From Candidatus Nomurabacteria bacterium (GTDB lineage Bacteria > Patescibacteriota > Minisyncoccia > Phycocordibacterales > UBA918), in contig CP060227.1 in NCBI GenBank assembly GCA_023898525.1, positions 957,932-1,021,931 on the forward strand: DNA of 64,000 bases, given 5' to 3'. Both the position numbers and the translations under genes were made by a program. The notes under the pieces were generated by a model. That model saw only the letters and a program-made list of their open reading frames with translations, did not search any database and was not told the origin of the DNA. Shown here in pieces: positions 6,612-17,121 of this stretch (positions within the stretch are counted from its first letter, which is position 1; each line of letters starts with the position of its first letter).

Positions 6612-7811
6612 ATGAATAAGTCAGAAACCACTAAAAAGAGGATTTATTTGGATAATGCCGCTGCTACTCGTGTAAGGAAGGAGGTGTTGGAATCAATGAT
6701 GTCGTTTTTGACGGAGGATTTTGGTAATGCTAGTTCTATTCATGCGGAGGGCGTGCGCGCCTCGCGAGCAGTAGACGAAGCCAGAGTCTCGGTGGCGCGC
6801 ACGCTTGAGATCAAACCCGAAGGAATAGTTTTTACCGGTAACGGTACCGAAAGTAACAACTTGGCTATTTTAGGTTACATCAAACATTTACATCTAGACA
6901 AAAATGTACCATATGAAGAGATGGAGGTGGTGACTACCAGAATAGAACATCCTTCAATTAGCGAAGTGATGAAAGAGCTTGAGAGTCTGGGGGTGGCGGT
7001 GCGGTATGTAAAAGTGAATGAAGAGGGAATTATTACTCTGCTGGCTCTACAGGAGGCTTTGTCTAACAAAACCGTGTTAGTCACTTTTGCTTACGCCAAC
7101 AGTGAGGTGGGTACAGTACAGCCAGTACATAGACTAGTGCGAGCGATTCGTAAGTATGAGGAGGGGGTTGGTCATGAAATAGTTGTGCATCTAGACGCTG
7201 CGCAAGCGCCGCTCTGGCTACCGTGTGCTTTTAAACAACTTGGAGTCGATATGATGGCGCTTGATGCGGGGAAATGCCATGGTCCGAAAGGGGTAGGACT
7301 CTTGGCTATGCGAAAAGTGATAGCACTTCGGCCGATTATATTTGGCGGTGGTCAAGAAGGCGGTTTGCGACCTGGTACCGAGAATGTAGCGGGGATAGTA
7401 GGTATGGCAAAGGCTCTAGAGCTGGCTCAAGCTGATTATAAGGAAAGAGTGGAAAAAGTAGCAGGACTTCGCGATGAAACGATAAAACTCTTAGAAGAGA
7501 AAGTGGTAGGTGTGGTCTTGAATGGTGCTGTAGGTGAGAGTAGGTTAGCTAATAATATAAATATTTCACTCCCGGGATTTGATACCGAGTACGCGGTAGT
7601 GTATATGGATGCGCAGGGGATAGCTGCTAGCACCAAAAGCGCATGCGCGGGAGCGGGCGGCGGCGAGAGTGCGGTGGTAAAAGAACTGACCGCTGACGCC
7701 GCCCGCTCCCGCTCCACCATCCGCTTTTCATTAGGTGAAGATACGACTATGGAAGATTTGGAGTACGTAGTAGATGCTTTAGTAAAGTTTTGCGACCGGA
7801 TGAGGGGTTGA
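6612..7811 (+). CDS. Cysteine desulfurase (class V aminotransferase, IscS/NifS-like)
   Basis: PLP-lysine context DAGKCHGPKGVG and catalytic Cys loop STKSACAG. 399 aa. Confidence 0.8.
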   Translation: MNKSETTKKRIYLDNAAATRVRKEVLESMMSFLTEDFGNASSIHAEGVRASRAVDEARVSVARTLEIKPEGIVFTGNGTESNNLAILGYIKHLHLDKNVPYEEMEVVTTRIEHPSISEVMKELESLGVAVRYVKVNEEGIITLLALQEALSNKTVLVTFAYANSEVGTVQPVHRLVRAIRKYEEGVGHEIVVHLDAAQAPLWLPCAFKQLGVDMMALDAGKCHGPKGVGLLAMRKVIALRPIIFGGGQEGGLRPGTENVAGIVGMAKALELAQADYKERVEKVAGLRDETIKLLEEKVVGVVLNGAVGESRLANNINISLPGFDTEYAVVYMDAQGIAASTKSACAGAGGGESAVVKELTADAARSRSTIRFSLGEDTTMEDLEYVVDALVKFCDRMRG

Positions 7812-7885
7812 TTTATGTTTTATTTTAGCTATATTTAAACAAGCATAGATGTGTAATATTCATTAGAATTACAGGAGGTGGATAA

Positions 7886-8230
7886 ATGAGTATTTTAAAA
7901 AATTATTTACGTTACGTTCTAGCGCTCCCTTTTTTGTTTGTTTTGTATATGTTTTTTAGTGGTGCTAATACACCTTATGTAAATGAGCAAGATATGTACA
8001 GGGCTAGTGATACATACGTAGTTAATCTTACGTATGTTGACGAAGAGAATGATAGAATTTATTTTGACTTGATAGATTATAATAAAAAATTATTTAATGG
8101 TCGTAGGTTTATATTGATTACAGATTCATCTGGACCAAAAGAATTCGATTTTTATACCATAAATGGTGAACTTGTTCTCATTGAAAATGATAGACTAGAC
8201 CTTATCCTAAAAGTGAGAGGGATAGATTGA
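7886..8230 (+). CDS. NfeD-like small membrane protein (putative partner of the downstream SPFH protein)
   Basis: N-terminal TM segment and a C-terminal beta-rich domain. Placed immediately upstream of, and abutting, the band-7 gene. Confidence 0.4.
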   Translation: MSILKNYLRYVLALPFLFVLYMFFSGANTPYVNEQDMYRASDTYVVNLTYVDEENDRIYFDLIDYNKKLFNGRRFILITDSSGPKEFDFYTINGELVLIENDRLDLILKVRGID

Positions 8231-9106
8231 TTGTGGGGGCTGTCTACTAATTTTGTAGATGGCTCTTTCATTATCTCCTCACCAGCGTATAATAAAAATA
8301 GGTTACCAGATTCTAACTTTTTAAATATGAACTTATTTTGGATTATATTTCTTGTAGCTATTGTTTTGATTTCTTTCTTACGGGAGGTGAAGCAGTATGA
8401 GCGAGGGGTAGTACTTACCATGGGGCGTTATACAAGCTTGCGTAAGCCGGGTTGGAGTATTATCGTGCCGGTATTTCAAAAAATGTACAAAGTAGACCTG
8501 CGAGTAAAGGCGGTTGATGTGCCGGACCAAAAGGTGATTACTAAAGATAATGTATCGGCCAGTATCAATGCGGTGATTTACTATCGGGTGTCTGATGCGG
8601 CTATGGCGATACTGGAAGTAGAGGATTTTCGTTATGCGGTGTCACAGTTGGCACAGACTACGATGCGAAATGTGGTTGGTGGTGCGGAGCTTGATGAGGT
8701 TTTATCACAGCGGGAAAAATTATCGACTCAAATTCAAAATATTGTTGATGAAGAAACTAATCAATGGGGAATTAAGGTAGATAACGTTGAACTAAAAGAC
8801 TTTTTCTTACCAGAAGATATGGAGCGAACTATTGCCAAGCAAGCCGAAGCAGAAAGGGAACGACGATCAGTGATTATCAAGGCAGAAGGAGAGGTGGTAG
8901 CGGCGGAGAATATCCAAAAAGCCGCTAGGATACTTTCTAGTGCTCCAGGCGCTTTGCATCTAAGAACTCTTCAAACTCTAAATGACCTATCGTCAGATCA
9001 GTCTAATACGGTGGTATTTGCTACACCAATTGAGGTACTAAGAGCCTTTGAGGGAACGAAAGAATGGCTACAGGCCAGTGTGGCGGAGAAGACTAAGGAT
9101 AACTAG
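8231..9106 (+). CDS. SPFH/band-7 (stomatin/prohibitin-like) membrane protein
   Basis: N-terminal TM helix, SPFH core (…VDLRVKAVDVPDQKVITKDN…) and a coiled-coil C-terminus. Confidence 0.8.
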   Translation: MWGLSTNFVDGSFIISSPAYNKNRLPDSNFLNMNLFWIIFLVAIVLISFLREVKQYERGVVLTMGRYTSLRKPGWSIIVPVFQKMYKVDLRVKAVDVPDQKVITKDNVSASINAVIYYRVSDAAMAILEVEDFRYAVSQLAQTTMRNVVGGAELDEVLSQREKLSTQIQNIVDEETNQWGIKVDNVELKDFFLPEDMERTIAKQAEAERERRSVIIKAEGEVVAAENIQKAARILSSAPGALHLRTLQTLNDLSSDQSNTVVFATPIEVLRAFEGTKEWLQASVAEKTKDN

Positions 9107-9331
9107 AATAAGTTAGGAGTGACAAAATGTCTTATTAGATTTAATATTTTTTAGATATGAACAAACATCTAATTCAGGGAGACCCGCGCTCAACCAAACA
9201 TACTGATATTCAGCAAACGCCACACAGAGTCGCGCCGCGTCTTAAAGAGGTGGTAAAAAATAAGGGGACAAAAGAAGGGAAAAAAGAGGCGAAATAATAA
9301 TAGAAAACTTATAAAAAGTAATATTGTTATT

Positions 9332-9529
9332 ATGAAAATATTTCGAACATGGAGGTTTTTATGGTGGGAGGTGAGTTTGATCAAGATCTGTCTTATTTCA
9401 CTAGGGATTTTGATTGGTGTGTATTTTTATGATTACTTAGTTGGTACTGAGTGGTTGTGGTGGATATTATTTGTATTAACAGCTATTTATTTTGTAGTCA
9501 GGTTTTTTAGGGACGAAGAGGAGACTTGA
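9332..9529 (+). CDS. Small membrane protein (65 aa)
   Basis: Two hydrophobic helices. Lies upstream of the methyltransferase. Confidence 0.3.
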   Translation: MKIFRTWRFLWWEVSLIKICLISLGILIGVYFYDYLVGTEWLWWILFVLTAIYFVVRFFRDEEET

Positions 9530-9536
9530 TTTTGCT

Positions 9537-10187
9537 ATGGATGATACCAAAATACCCGAAAAGTCTGGTTACGGAGTAGATGTGGCACTTAGGCGGGCGG
9601 ATGACTTGGATCGGAAAATGATTGGTCATGTGCTTAAAAAAGATGATTCAAAAGTGCTTGATCTTGGGTCTGGAGCCGGTGGACAGTCGGTACGGCTTTG
9701 TCTCGCAGGTGCTTCTGTAACGGCGGTTGATATAGATGATTACAGTGATGAATTTCTTAAGTTAAGGGAGGAAAACAATTTGTTCTTAGATCAGTTAAAG
9801 TTTATTCAAGGCGACATTAGAAATTTAAAGGAAATACTAAAAGGCGAGAAGTTTGATGATTGTTGTCTGCAGCGAACGATTCATTATTTGTCGTATCAAG
9901 AGGCAGAAAAGTTTTTAAAGGAATTGAGAGGAATGGTTAGTGATCGTTTGTATATTTCTGTGACCGGCTTAGGCACTGCGATTGGTGAAAAGTATCCAGA
10001 TAGAAAAAAGTCTGTTTCCGAACGCTTTGCCAAATTACCTGATGAAGAGGCGGAAATTTTTAGTGTGCAAGCGCCGGTTTGTTTATATACAGAAAAAGAA
10101 TTTATAGAGTTGTTGCAAAGTTCCGGCTGGCAAATTTTGGAATCTTCGGTGTCGCAGTTTGGTAATATCAAAGCGGTGTGCTTTTAA
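9537..10187 (+). CDS. Class I SAM-dependent methyltransferase
   Basis: Motif I VLDLGSGAGGQS and an acidic motif II (VTAVDID). Confidence 0.7.
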   Translation: MDDTKIPEKSGYGVDVALRRADDLDRKMIGHVLKKDDSKVLDLGSGAGGQSVRLCLAGASVTAVDIDDYSDEFLKLREENNLFLDQLKFIQGDIRNLKEILKGEKFDDCCLQRTIHYLSYQEAEKFLKELRGMVSDRLYISVTGLGTAIGEKYPDRKKSVSERFAKLPDEEAEIFSVQAPVCLYTEKEFIELLQSSGWQILESSVSQFGNIKAVCF

Positions 10188-10290
10188 TTATTACAATTTT
10201 TAGTAAATAAAGTAACCGAGGAACGACCTTTCTGTTGTCGCTCGGGCTCCTCTTTAAGGTCGCACCTTCGTTATTTTAATGTATAATTAA
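10184..10290 (+). mobile_element. Degenerate copy of MITE-1 (carries the internal repeat ...CTCCTCTTTAAGGTCGCACCTTCGTTATTTT)
   Basis: The 10213-10279 core aligns to 49298-49358 and to the reverse complement of 36820-36890. The left TIR is degenerate (gtgcttttaattatt). Confidence 0.35.
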
Positions 10291-10295
10291 AATAT

Positions 10296-10865
10296 ATGGG
10301 CTTAATTAGTTTGTTATTAGCAGCTGTTTTGGTTGTTTTTGGCGTGGTTTATATCTTTGATGATAGTGGTAGCACTGCTAGTAAGAATGTTTTAGAAGAA
10401 AGAGTAAATACTGAACAGACAGTTGATGATATGGTGAAGCAAGTGGTTCCAGATTATATATCGGAGCAGTCATCTGCTAAAGCCGGTAACAGAACTCTTG
10501 ACTTGAGTAACCAAGGTCTAGCTAAGGTGTCGATAGATATTTTTTCTAAAACCGAACTCACTACCCTCAACCTCTCGCATAATAATCTAAGTGGAGCTCT
10601 ACCAGCTGAGGTTAGGCATTTACAAAATTTGCAAGTTTTAGATTTGAGTGACAATAACTTTACCGGGGTACCAGCAGAAATTGGTCAGCTAACTAATCTT
10701 GAGTTGCTTGATCTTTCAAATAATCCTATTACCGGCTTACCATACGAATTAGGAAACTTAAGTAACCTAAAAACTTTGAATTTAAGTGGTACAAATTACT
10801 CCAAGCAAGATTTAGAAATTATAGTTGAAAAACTACCAGTGGATGTGAAAATCATTACTAATTAG
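10296..10865 (+). CDS. Leucine-rich-repeat protein with N-terminal membrane anchor
   Basis: N-terminal TM helix and six or more LRRs (LxxLxLSxNxLSG, LQVLDLSDNNFTG, LELLDLSNNPITG...). Confidence 0.75.
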   Translation: MGLISLLLAAVLVVFGVVYIFDDSGSTASKNVLEERVNTEQTVDDMVKQVVPDYISEQSSAKAGNRTLDLSNQGLAKVSIDIFSKTELTTLNLSHNNLSGALPAEVRHLQNLQVLDLSDNNFTGVPAEIGQLTNLELLDLSNNPITGLPYELGNLSNLKTLNLSGTNYSKQDLEIIVEKLPVDVKIITN

Positions 10866-11006
10866 CATCGGTGAAAGGTGCGGGTTTGACCCAGACGTAT
10901 TTTTGTTGCAATATAGAGATACGAAACACAGAATGTGGTGGCGGTATGGTTAGACACACGGTTTTTCTGATTTCTAAGCAGTGTATCGTATAATTAAATT
11001 ATAGTT

Positions 11007-13715
11007 ATGCCTAATTTTCAAAATTTTACATCAAAGGCCAAGGAGGCAATTCGAAAAGCGCACGAGTTGGCGATTGAACGTGGGCAAAATCATGTTAGTC
11101 CGATTCATTTACTGACTGCTTTGTCGATGCAGGATGAAAGCATGGTTATTTCAATTTTAGATCGTCTGGATATTGATGTAATTGCTTTTACAGATATGCT
11201 TTTGGAGGCTATAGAAGTGGAGGAAATGCAATCTACTATTTCTCCTTCTTATCAGCTTTATCTAACACCAGAGCTGGCTAAAGCGCTTGAGTACACTGTT
11301 CGTATCTCTGAGCAAATGGGAGATTCATACATTGGAGTTGAGCATTTGTTTATTGCAATATTGGAGTACCCTGGACCGGCAGTTGAGCTACTCCGGAGAG
11401 CGGGAATTGATAAAGAGAAAGTGTTACGCACAGTGAAAGAGATTCGTGAACATAATGTTACTGACGCGCAAACACCTAAGAAGTATCGAGCTTTAACCAA
11501 ATACTCCAGAAATCTAACTAAGTTGGCTCAAGAAAACAAACTCGATCCAGTAATCGGTCGCGATGTCGAGGTGCAGCGGGTAATCCAGATACTCTCTCGT
11601 CGCACCAAGAATAATCCGGTTCTGATCGGAGAAGCTGGAGTGGGAAAGACTGCGATAGCTGAAGGTCTGGCCCAGCAGATAGTGCTTGGTTATGTGCCAG
11701 AATCAGTTAAGGATAAAGAGATTCTTTCGCTGGATCTGGGTCTTTTGGTGGCTGGAACAAAATTCCGCGGAGAGTTTGAGGAGCGGCTAAAGGCAGTTAT
11801 GAAGGAAGTGGAGGCTTCCAGCGGATCCATTATTCTTTTTATTGATGAATTGCATACGATTGTCGGAGCTGGTCAGGCTGATGGATCAATGGATGCTTCC
11901 AATATGTTGAAGCCGGCTCTGGCTCGTGGAGAGATTAGGGTCATTGGTGCCACTACTCTCAAGGAGTACCAAAAGCATATTGAAAAGGATCCAGCTTTGA
12001 CACGTCGTTTTCAGCCGGTCTTTGTAAATGAACCGACACCGGAGGATGCGGTAGCAATTTTACGTGGTTTGTCTGAGAAGTACGAGTTATTCCATGGTGT
12101 GCGTATCACCGATGACGCTATTGTGTCAGCGGTTGATTTATCTTCACGTTATATTACTGATCGTTTTCTACCAGATAAGGCGGTGGATTTGATTGACGAG
12201 GCGGCTTCGGCACTGAGAATCTCTCTGGAAAATAAGCCGGATGAGTTAGTGGTAGCTGATCGTCAGGTGCGTCGATTGGAAATCGAGCGTGAGGCGCTGC
12301 GTAAGGAGGTAGAGATATCTGAAAACAAGAAGAAGATAAAAGATCGCATCAAGGAGATAGAAAAGGAAATTGGTGAACTGAAAGAGAAGACTTCAGCCAT
12401 GGAAACTAAGTGGAACAATGAAAAATCAGCCCTGGGCGAAATCAGTAAGTTAAAGAAGGAACTCGAAGAGCTCCGAATAGAAGCCGAGACCGCGGAGGCA
12501 ATGGCTGATTTGACTAGAGCGGCTGAGATTCGCTACGACTCTATACCGAAGGTGCAAAAGTCGCTGGATGACAAGATGAAGCGTCTCAAGAAGTTGCAGC
12601 GTAGTCGTCGTTTACTAAAAGAAGAGGTAACAGAAGAAGATATTGCCGGAGTGGTATCACGTTGGACCGGCATACCGGTATCACGCATGCTAGAAGCTGA
12701 AGCTAAGAAATTGTCACGTATGGAAGAAGTGTTGCGTACTAAGGTCGTCGGGCAAGATCATGCGGTTAAGCTGGTAGCTGATGCGATTAAACGCTCTCGG
12801 GCGGGCATTGCTGACCCGAATCGACCAATTGGCTCATTCCTATTTCTTGGTCCAACCGGAGTAGGTAAGACAGAATTATCACGAGCTTTGGCTGAGTTTA
12901 TGTTTAATGATCCTGACGCTTTGCTGCGGATCGACATGTCGGAGTTTATGGAGAAGCACGCGGTCTCTAAGATTATTGGTTCACCACCTGGTTACGTGGG
13001 ACATGAAGAAGGGGGCTCAATTACTGAACGGGTGCGACATCGTCCTTATTCAGTAATTCTGCTTGATGAGGTGGAAAAGGCTCATAAAGAAGTATTTAAT
13101 ATTCTGCTGCAAGTACTGGATAGTGGTCATTTGACTGACGCTAAGGGGCGTAGAGTAAACTTCCGTAATACAGTGATTATCATGACTTCTAACATTGGGG
13201 CTGAACATATTGATAGGATGTCTACCTTTGGTTTTGCGACCGATAAGGGAGAAGAGGCACAATATGTGCAAGCCAAAGACAAGGTCATGGACAGTCTTAA
13301 GGCTTATTTCCGACCAGAATTTCTCAACCGCTTGGATGAAATTATCGTCTTTGATCTATTATCACCCGAGACCTTGCGTAGTATTGTTTCGATTCAGATT
13401 GAGGATGTACAATGCCGCTTAGAAAAGAAGGAAATTATCCTTACCATGACGGATGATGTGCTCGAATATCTGGCCAAAGAGGGGTATGATCCTAAGTTTG
13501 GTGCTAGACCGCTAAAACGTCTGATTCAAAGCAAGATACTAACTCCAGTAGCTAATATGATGGTGGGTGAAGGTATGTTGCAGCGTGGATCTGTTAAGGT
13601 AACCATGAAAAAGGGCGAGCTTAATTTTGAGGTAAAAAGAAGTGGTCAGCGGGCCAGAAGTAATTCACGTAAAAAAGCTGGCTCGAGTAAACAGAAAGAG
13701 ACGGTATCTGTGTAG
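11007..13715 (+). CDS. clpB: ATP-dependent chaperone ClpB
   Basis: Clp N-domain, two AAA+ modules (GEAGVGKT and GPTGVGKT) and a middle coiled-coil. 902 aa. Confidence 0.95.
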   Translation: MPNFQNFTSKAKEAIRKAHELAIERGQNHVSPIHLLTALSMQDESMVISILDRLDIDVIAFTDMLLEAIEVEEMQSTISPSYQLYLTPELAKALEYTVRISEQMGDSYIGVEHLFIAILEYPGPAVELLRRAGIDKEKVLRTVKEIREHNVTDAQTPKKYRALTKYSRNLTKLAQENKLDPVIGRDVEVQRVIQILSRRTKNNPVLIGEAGVGKTAIAEGLAQQIVLGYVPESVKDKEILSLDLGLLVAGTKFRGEFEERLKAVMKEVEASSGSIILFIDELHTIVGAGQADGSMDASNMLKPALARGEIRVIGATTLKEYQKHIEKDPALTRRFQPVFVNEPTPEDAVAILRGLSEKYELFHGVRITDDAIVSAVDLSSRYITDRFLPDKAVDLIDEAASALRISLENKPDELVVADRQVRRLEIEREALRKEVEISENKKKIKDRIKEIEKEIGELKEKTSAMETKWNNEKSALGEISKLKKELEELRIEAETAEAMADLTRAAEIRYDSIPKVQKSLDDKMKRLKKLQRSRRLLKEEVTEEDIAGVVSRWTGIPVSRMLEAEAKKLSRMEEVLRTKVVGQDHAVKLVADAIKRSRAGIADPNRPIGSFLFLGPTGVGKTELSRALAEFMFNDPDALLRIDMSEFMEKHAVSKIIGSPPGYVGHEEGGSITERVRHRPYSVILLDEVEKAHKEVFNILLQVLDSGHLTDAKGRRVNFRNTVIIMTSNIGAEHIDRMSTFGFATDKGEEAQYVQAKDKVMDSLKAYFRPEFLNRLDEIIVFDLLSPETLRSIVSIQIEDVQCRLEKKEIILTMTDDVLEYLAKEGYDPKFGARPLKRLIQSKILTPVANMMVGEGMLQRGSVKVTMKKGELNFEVKRSGQRARSNSRKKAGSSKQKETVSV

Positions 13716-13737
13716 ATAATGGTGTGACCACCCATAA

Positions 13738-13770
13738 TAAAAGGCGTTTCCCGTAGGGAAACGCCTTTTA
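13738..13770. terminator. Bidirectional intrinsic terminator between clpB and the convergent gene
   Basis: aaaaggcgtttccc-gtag-ggaaacgcctttt hairpin flanked by T-runs. Confidence 0.7.
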
Positions 13771-13780
13771 TTATGGGTGA

Positions 13781-14635
13781 CTATGACTTGGTACAAACAG
13801 AGGCGATGGTAAATAAGTCACTCATGTCTACACCGCGCCTCGTGCTATTTGACTGAAGGTTGATGCTATATTGGTCTCCTGGTTCTATTGGGGCTGAACC
13901 TTTTTGTTCGGTGGAGGTTACGTGGTCCTTACTTATATACCAATAATATACACCTTCGGTGGTACGTACAGTATCTAGTCTCAAAACGGTGCTTGGGGTG
14001 TTAAGGAGAATGTCTACAGTGCTGCCTTCAAGGTATTCAGGATGCCACTTAACTTCTACAACATCACCATAACAAAATATTTCACCACCCAAAGGATAAA
14101 TTAAGGATTGCTTGTTTGGAGTGTTTGATTCTTGGTAATCAGGGTACAAGTTTACCTTCATTGGCGGCGGGTTGTATGACGGGTCTATGGTTACTGGTGG
14201 CGGTTGATTACTTCCGATTTCTTGAGGAGTAGCAGCAGGAGGATTGGTAGGTTGTATGGGTGTCGTGGTATCAAGAGAATCGTCGGTCTCAGTAATCGTC
14301 GGTGTAGGTTCTGGTGTTGTGGCTTGATTTGGTGTCGGGCTTGGTTCTGGTTTGTTTTCACTGTAGGAGGTAGTTGGTTGTATAGGTGTGGCAGGTTCTG
14401 GTGAGTCCCGCTTAAGTAAAATATAAACAGATGCAGAAGCGATAATGACAATAAAAAGTACCGCTGCAATCATCATTACAATAACAGCTCTTTTTTTCTC
14501 TGGGGCCAAAGGTGCAGCGGGTGGTGTGGGTGGTGGTGGAGCCGGAATCGGCTCATCTTGATCTGGGTTATTTTCTACCCCAACAACCTCTTCTGGTGTA
14601 GAGGTTGACTCTTCTTTGGTTTGATTTGTATTCAT
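13781..14635 (-). CDS. Pro/Thr-rich membrane-anchored surface protein with a C-terminal globular domain
   Basis: N-terminal TM helix, a long P/T/E-rich low-complexity linker, then a folded C-terminal domain. Confidence 0.5.
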   Translation of the reverse strand: MNTNQTKEESTSTPEEVVGVENNPDQDEPIPAPPPPTPPAAPLAPEKKRAVIVMMIAAVLFIVIIASASVYILLKRDSPEPATPIQPTTSYSENKPEPSPTPNQATTPEPTPTITETDDSLDTTTPIQPTNPPAATPQEIGSNQPPPVTIDPSYNPPPMKVNLYPDYQESNTPNKQSLIYPLGGEIFCYGDVVEVKWHPEYLEGSTVDILLNTPSTVLRLDTVRTTEGVYYWYISKDHVTSTEQKGSAPIEPGDQYSINLQSNSTRRGVDMSDLFTIASVCTKS

Positions 14636-14876
14636 ATAAAAAGTTTATCATAGAGATATATGGTATGGTATATGGGGTGTTGGGTATGCGTAAAAAAACC
14701 TGTCAAGGGCGTGTTGGGAGGTTTTCAGTTTGCTTTACAGTCTATTTATCCCAAGCATCTTGTATAAAACAAGTTTTTAGTAGCATATCTATTTCTGGTT
14801 CATGCAATTTATTATAGTTTAGTTATCTATAATAACCTGCTTAAATAAAGTTACCTATGTGTAACCTAAAACACTA

Positions 14877-15329
14877 TTATATAAGTCTGACTATTATATT
14901 TAGGGGAGAAATAGCATATATACTGAATATTCCAATAGACGATAATAGTTTAAGAAGAAGGAGTATCATTATAGGAGATATAACAAAATACAAGCTGCGT
15001 GCAATCTGGGGAGATACAGTTTGTCTATGTTTAGCTAAAAACCACAAATGTGGTGCAATTAGTAATCCTGCTGTATAGTCACCTAATAAACTAATTACGC
15101 CAAGCTTTATTAGAACTACGAGTAGTAATAAATATACAGATAAAAAATAATAGTATCGTTTGTTTTGTAAATCTCTTCTAATACCTGTGATAAGCAAAGA
15201 TAAAATTAAATACAGATCAAATATACTGACTGCTGAATTTATTACTTGCGTTCCACTAAGATATGCAATTACTACTAGCAATAATGCAATAGAAAGATAT
15301 TTAACCAAAATTTTATGTTCGTGTGACAT
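14877..15329 (-). CDS. Polytopic membrane protein (hypothetical)
   Basis: 150 aa with four predicted TM helices. Confidence 0.4.
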   Translation of the reverse strand: MSHEHKILVKYLSIALLLVVIAYLSGTQVINSAVSIFDLYLILSLLITGIRRDLQNKRYYYFLSVYLLLLVVLIKLGVISLLGDYTAGLLIAPHLWFLAKHRQTVSPQIARSLYFVISPIMILLLLKLLSSIGIFSIYAISPLNIIVRLI

Positions 15330-15455
15330 GAAAGCAATGCTAAACCAATGTTCTTATTTATAGTTATTCTATAATAGCTATAAATAAACAAATAATCCAC
15401 AATCCACCAATTTAATGTATTGGAATGCGCATGGGGGAAGGATTGATCCTGACAG

Positions 15456-15590
15456 TCACCAATGTATTTTGTTCCAAGTATTCACAAAATACACAGTGCC
15501 GCGATAAAATAATGTCCAAACATTATTTTATCGCCTCGTTCGTGACAAAGTCACATCACTTCGACGCATACATTAGAAAACACTTCAAAC
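15456..15590. repeat. Element-family relative E (GTCACC start, hairpin GTATTTTG / TTCCAAGTATTCA / CAAAATAC, second perfect hairpin 15501-15534)
   Basis: Its loop matches the conserved loops at 2227, 4019 and 2021. It lies directly upstream of copy D. Confidence 0.5.
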
Positions 15591-15599
15591 AAGGATTTG

Positions 15600-15706
15600 G
15601 TCACTCTCGTGGATATTTTGCTCGCAAGCTCCAAAATATCACACTCCATTGACCTCCACTCGTCGCTACAATTTTTCGTACCTCAAAATTGGCTTCGCAG
15701 CGACTC
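15600..15706. repeat. GGTCAC-family structured element copy D (107 nt)
   Basis: Starts GTCACTCTCGTGGATATTTT. Hairpin-1 stem GATATTTT/AAAATATC. Left flank ggatttg (tRNA-Tyr T-arm half). Right flank ggttcaaatccctcccggcgc (inverted tRNA-Tyr 3' end). Confidence 0.7.
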
Positions 15707-15732
15707 GGTTCAAATCCCTCCCGGCGCTACAA

Positions 15733-15760
15733 ACGACAACAGCCAAAAAGTAACTACTTT
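15733..15760 (-). terminator. Terminator hairpin downstream of tRNA-Tyr (minus sense)
   Basis: agccaaaaagta-ac-tactttttggct, a perfect 12-bp stem, followed by TTGTCGTTTGT in minus sense. Confidence 0.55.
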
Positions 15761-15776
15761 TTGGCTGGTCATTTTG

Positions 15777-15860
15777 TGCGCCGGGAGGGATTTGAACCCC
15801 CGTAGGGCGAAGCCCGTCAGATTTACAGTCTGATGCAATTGACCACTCTGCCACCGACGC
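15777..15860 (-). tRNA. tRNA-Tyr(GTA), type II
   Basis: Manual fold: acceptor GCGTCGG/CCGGCGC, anticodon stem TCAGA/TCTGA, loop CTGTAAA, long variable arm, T-arm GGGGG-TTCAAAT-CCCTC. Confidence 0.85.
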
Positions 15861-16141
15861 ATATTTATAATTTTGTAAGAACGCTTAGTTTCTACTATGC
15901 GTTCGACCTTATTTCCTCCTTTGGTCTTGCTCGTCAAAGCTTCGCAATGACTCACATCGACCAATCTGCTCGCATTCGCTCGCAGACCAGATGAAAAGTG
16001 AAACTGTTCACTTTTCATCTGGTCTGCCACCGACGCATATGTATTTGTGTACCGTAAGTATTCTTAGAGACACGTAGGCTATAAATTACCACAACCTGTG
16101 CGTTTTTAAAAGGGCTGGCTAATGGTACCATATAAAATAAC

Positions 16142-17107
16142 ATGTGGAGAATTCTTTTGGTTGTAGTGTTGATTTCGTTACCAAGTATATCTAGCGCGGC
16201 TGGACTGGTGCCTTGTGGCGGTGTTGGTGAGGAGCCTTGTCAATTTTGTCACGTCTCGCAGCTCGTAAATAATGTGACAATCTGGCTCACAGCTGCCCTG
16301 ACTTCAATTCTTATTCTAGTAATCGTGGTAATGGGTCTACATTTAGTAACTTCAACTGGTGAGGTTGACTCAAAAACCCGCGCCAAAAGATTTATCTCTA
16401 CCGCTATCGTTGGGTATATCATATTCTTGGCGGCGGCTATGATTGTTGATTTTGCTATGAAGCTAATGGTGGATAACGCAACTTATGGTTTTTGGAACAA
16501 AATTCAGTGTATAGAACAGCCGGTGGCACAAGAGGCTAGGTTATCTGCTTCTGGTTATAATGATCATATTATGACCAGTAATGAGATCAAAAATATTCCA
16601 ATTACCGGACCGGTAGCTTCTATGATCACACAAGCAGCTAACAATAATGACTTAACCGATCCTAAAAAACTTTCCTATTTCCAAGCTATAATTGCTCAGG
16701 AATCATCTAACTGCACGAATAAGGTGGGGACGGTGGCTTATGGTTGTGGACAGGTAACGGTTGATACTGCACGTCAGCTGGACCCGTCATTGCGTGGTAT
16801 GAGCGATGAGCAAATAAAAAATAAATTAATAAATGATAATGCTTATAACCTAAATCTGAGTGCGGCTAATTTTAATCGGTTACTTGGGTTGTATGGTGGT
16901 AATTATGACTCTGCTTTGGCGGCTTATAATGGAGGGTATATGGCTAACCAGCCAAGCAGAGACTGTCCTGGTCTAAATCGGTGGGAATGTGTCTGGGACA
17001 GTCCGGGTTGTTATGGTACTAATAACACAGACTGTAAGGTAAATGAAGGTTATAAAGAGACCAGAAATTATGTGACAAATATTAACAACGCCGTAAACCT
17101 AAAGTAA
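16142..17107 (+). CDS. Membrane-anchored lytic transglycosylase (SLT domain) with an N-terminal VirB2/TrbC-pilin-like two-helix module
   Basis: Signal peptide, Cys motif PCGGVGEEPCQFC and two TM helices. SLT catalytic motif AQESS and AYNGG. Confidence 0.65.
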   Translation: MWRILLVVVLISLPSISSAAGLVPCGGVGEEPCQFCHVSQLVNNVTIWLTAALTSILILVIVVMGLHLVTSTGEVDSKTRAKRFISTAIVGYIIFLAAAMIVDFAMKLMVDNATYGFWNKIQCIEQPVAQEARLSASGYNDHIMTSNEIKNIPITGPVASMITQAANNNDLTDPKKLSYFQAIIAQESSNCTNKVGTVAYGCGQVTVDTARQLDPSLRGMSDEQIKNKLINDNAYNLNLSAANFNRLLGLYGGNYDSALAAYNGGYMANQPSRDCPGLNRWECVWDSPGCYGTNNTDCKVNEGYKETRNYVTNINNAVNLK

Positions 17108-17121
17108 TTAATAAATTATCT

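Noticed and set aside
15597-16030. ORFs 15597-15833 (+), 15666-15854 (-) and 15710-16030 (-)
   Set aside because: They run through tRNA-Tyr and the repeat elements. Their translations mirror repeat sequence, so they are not coding.
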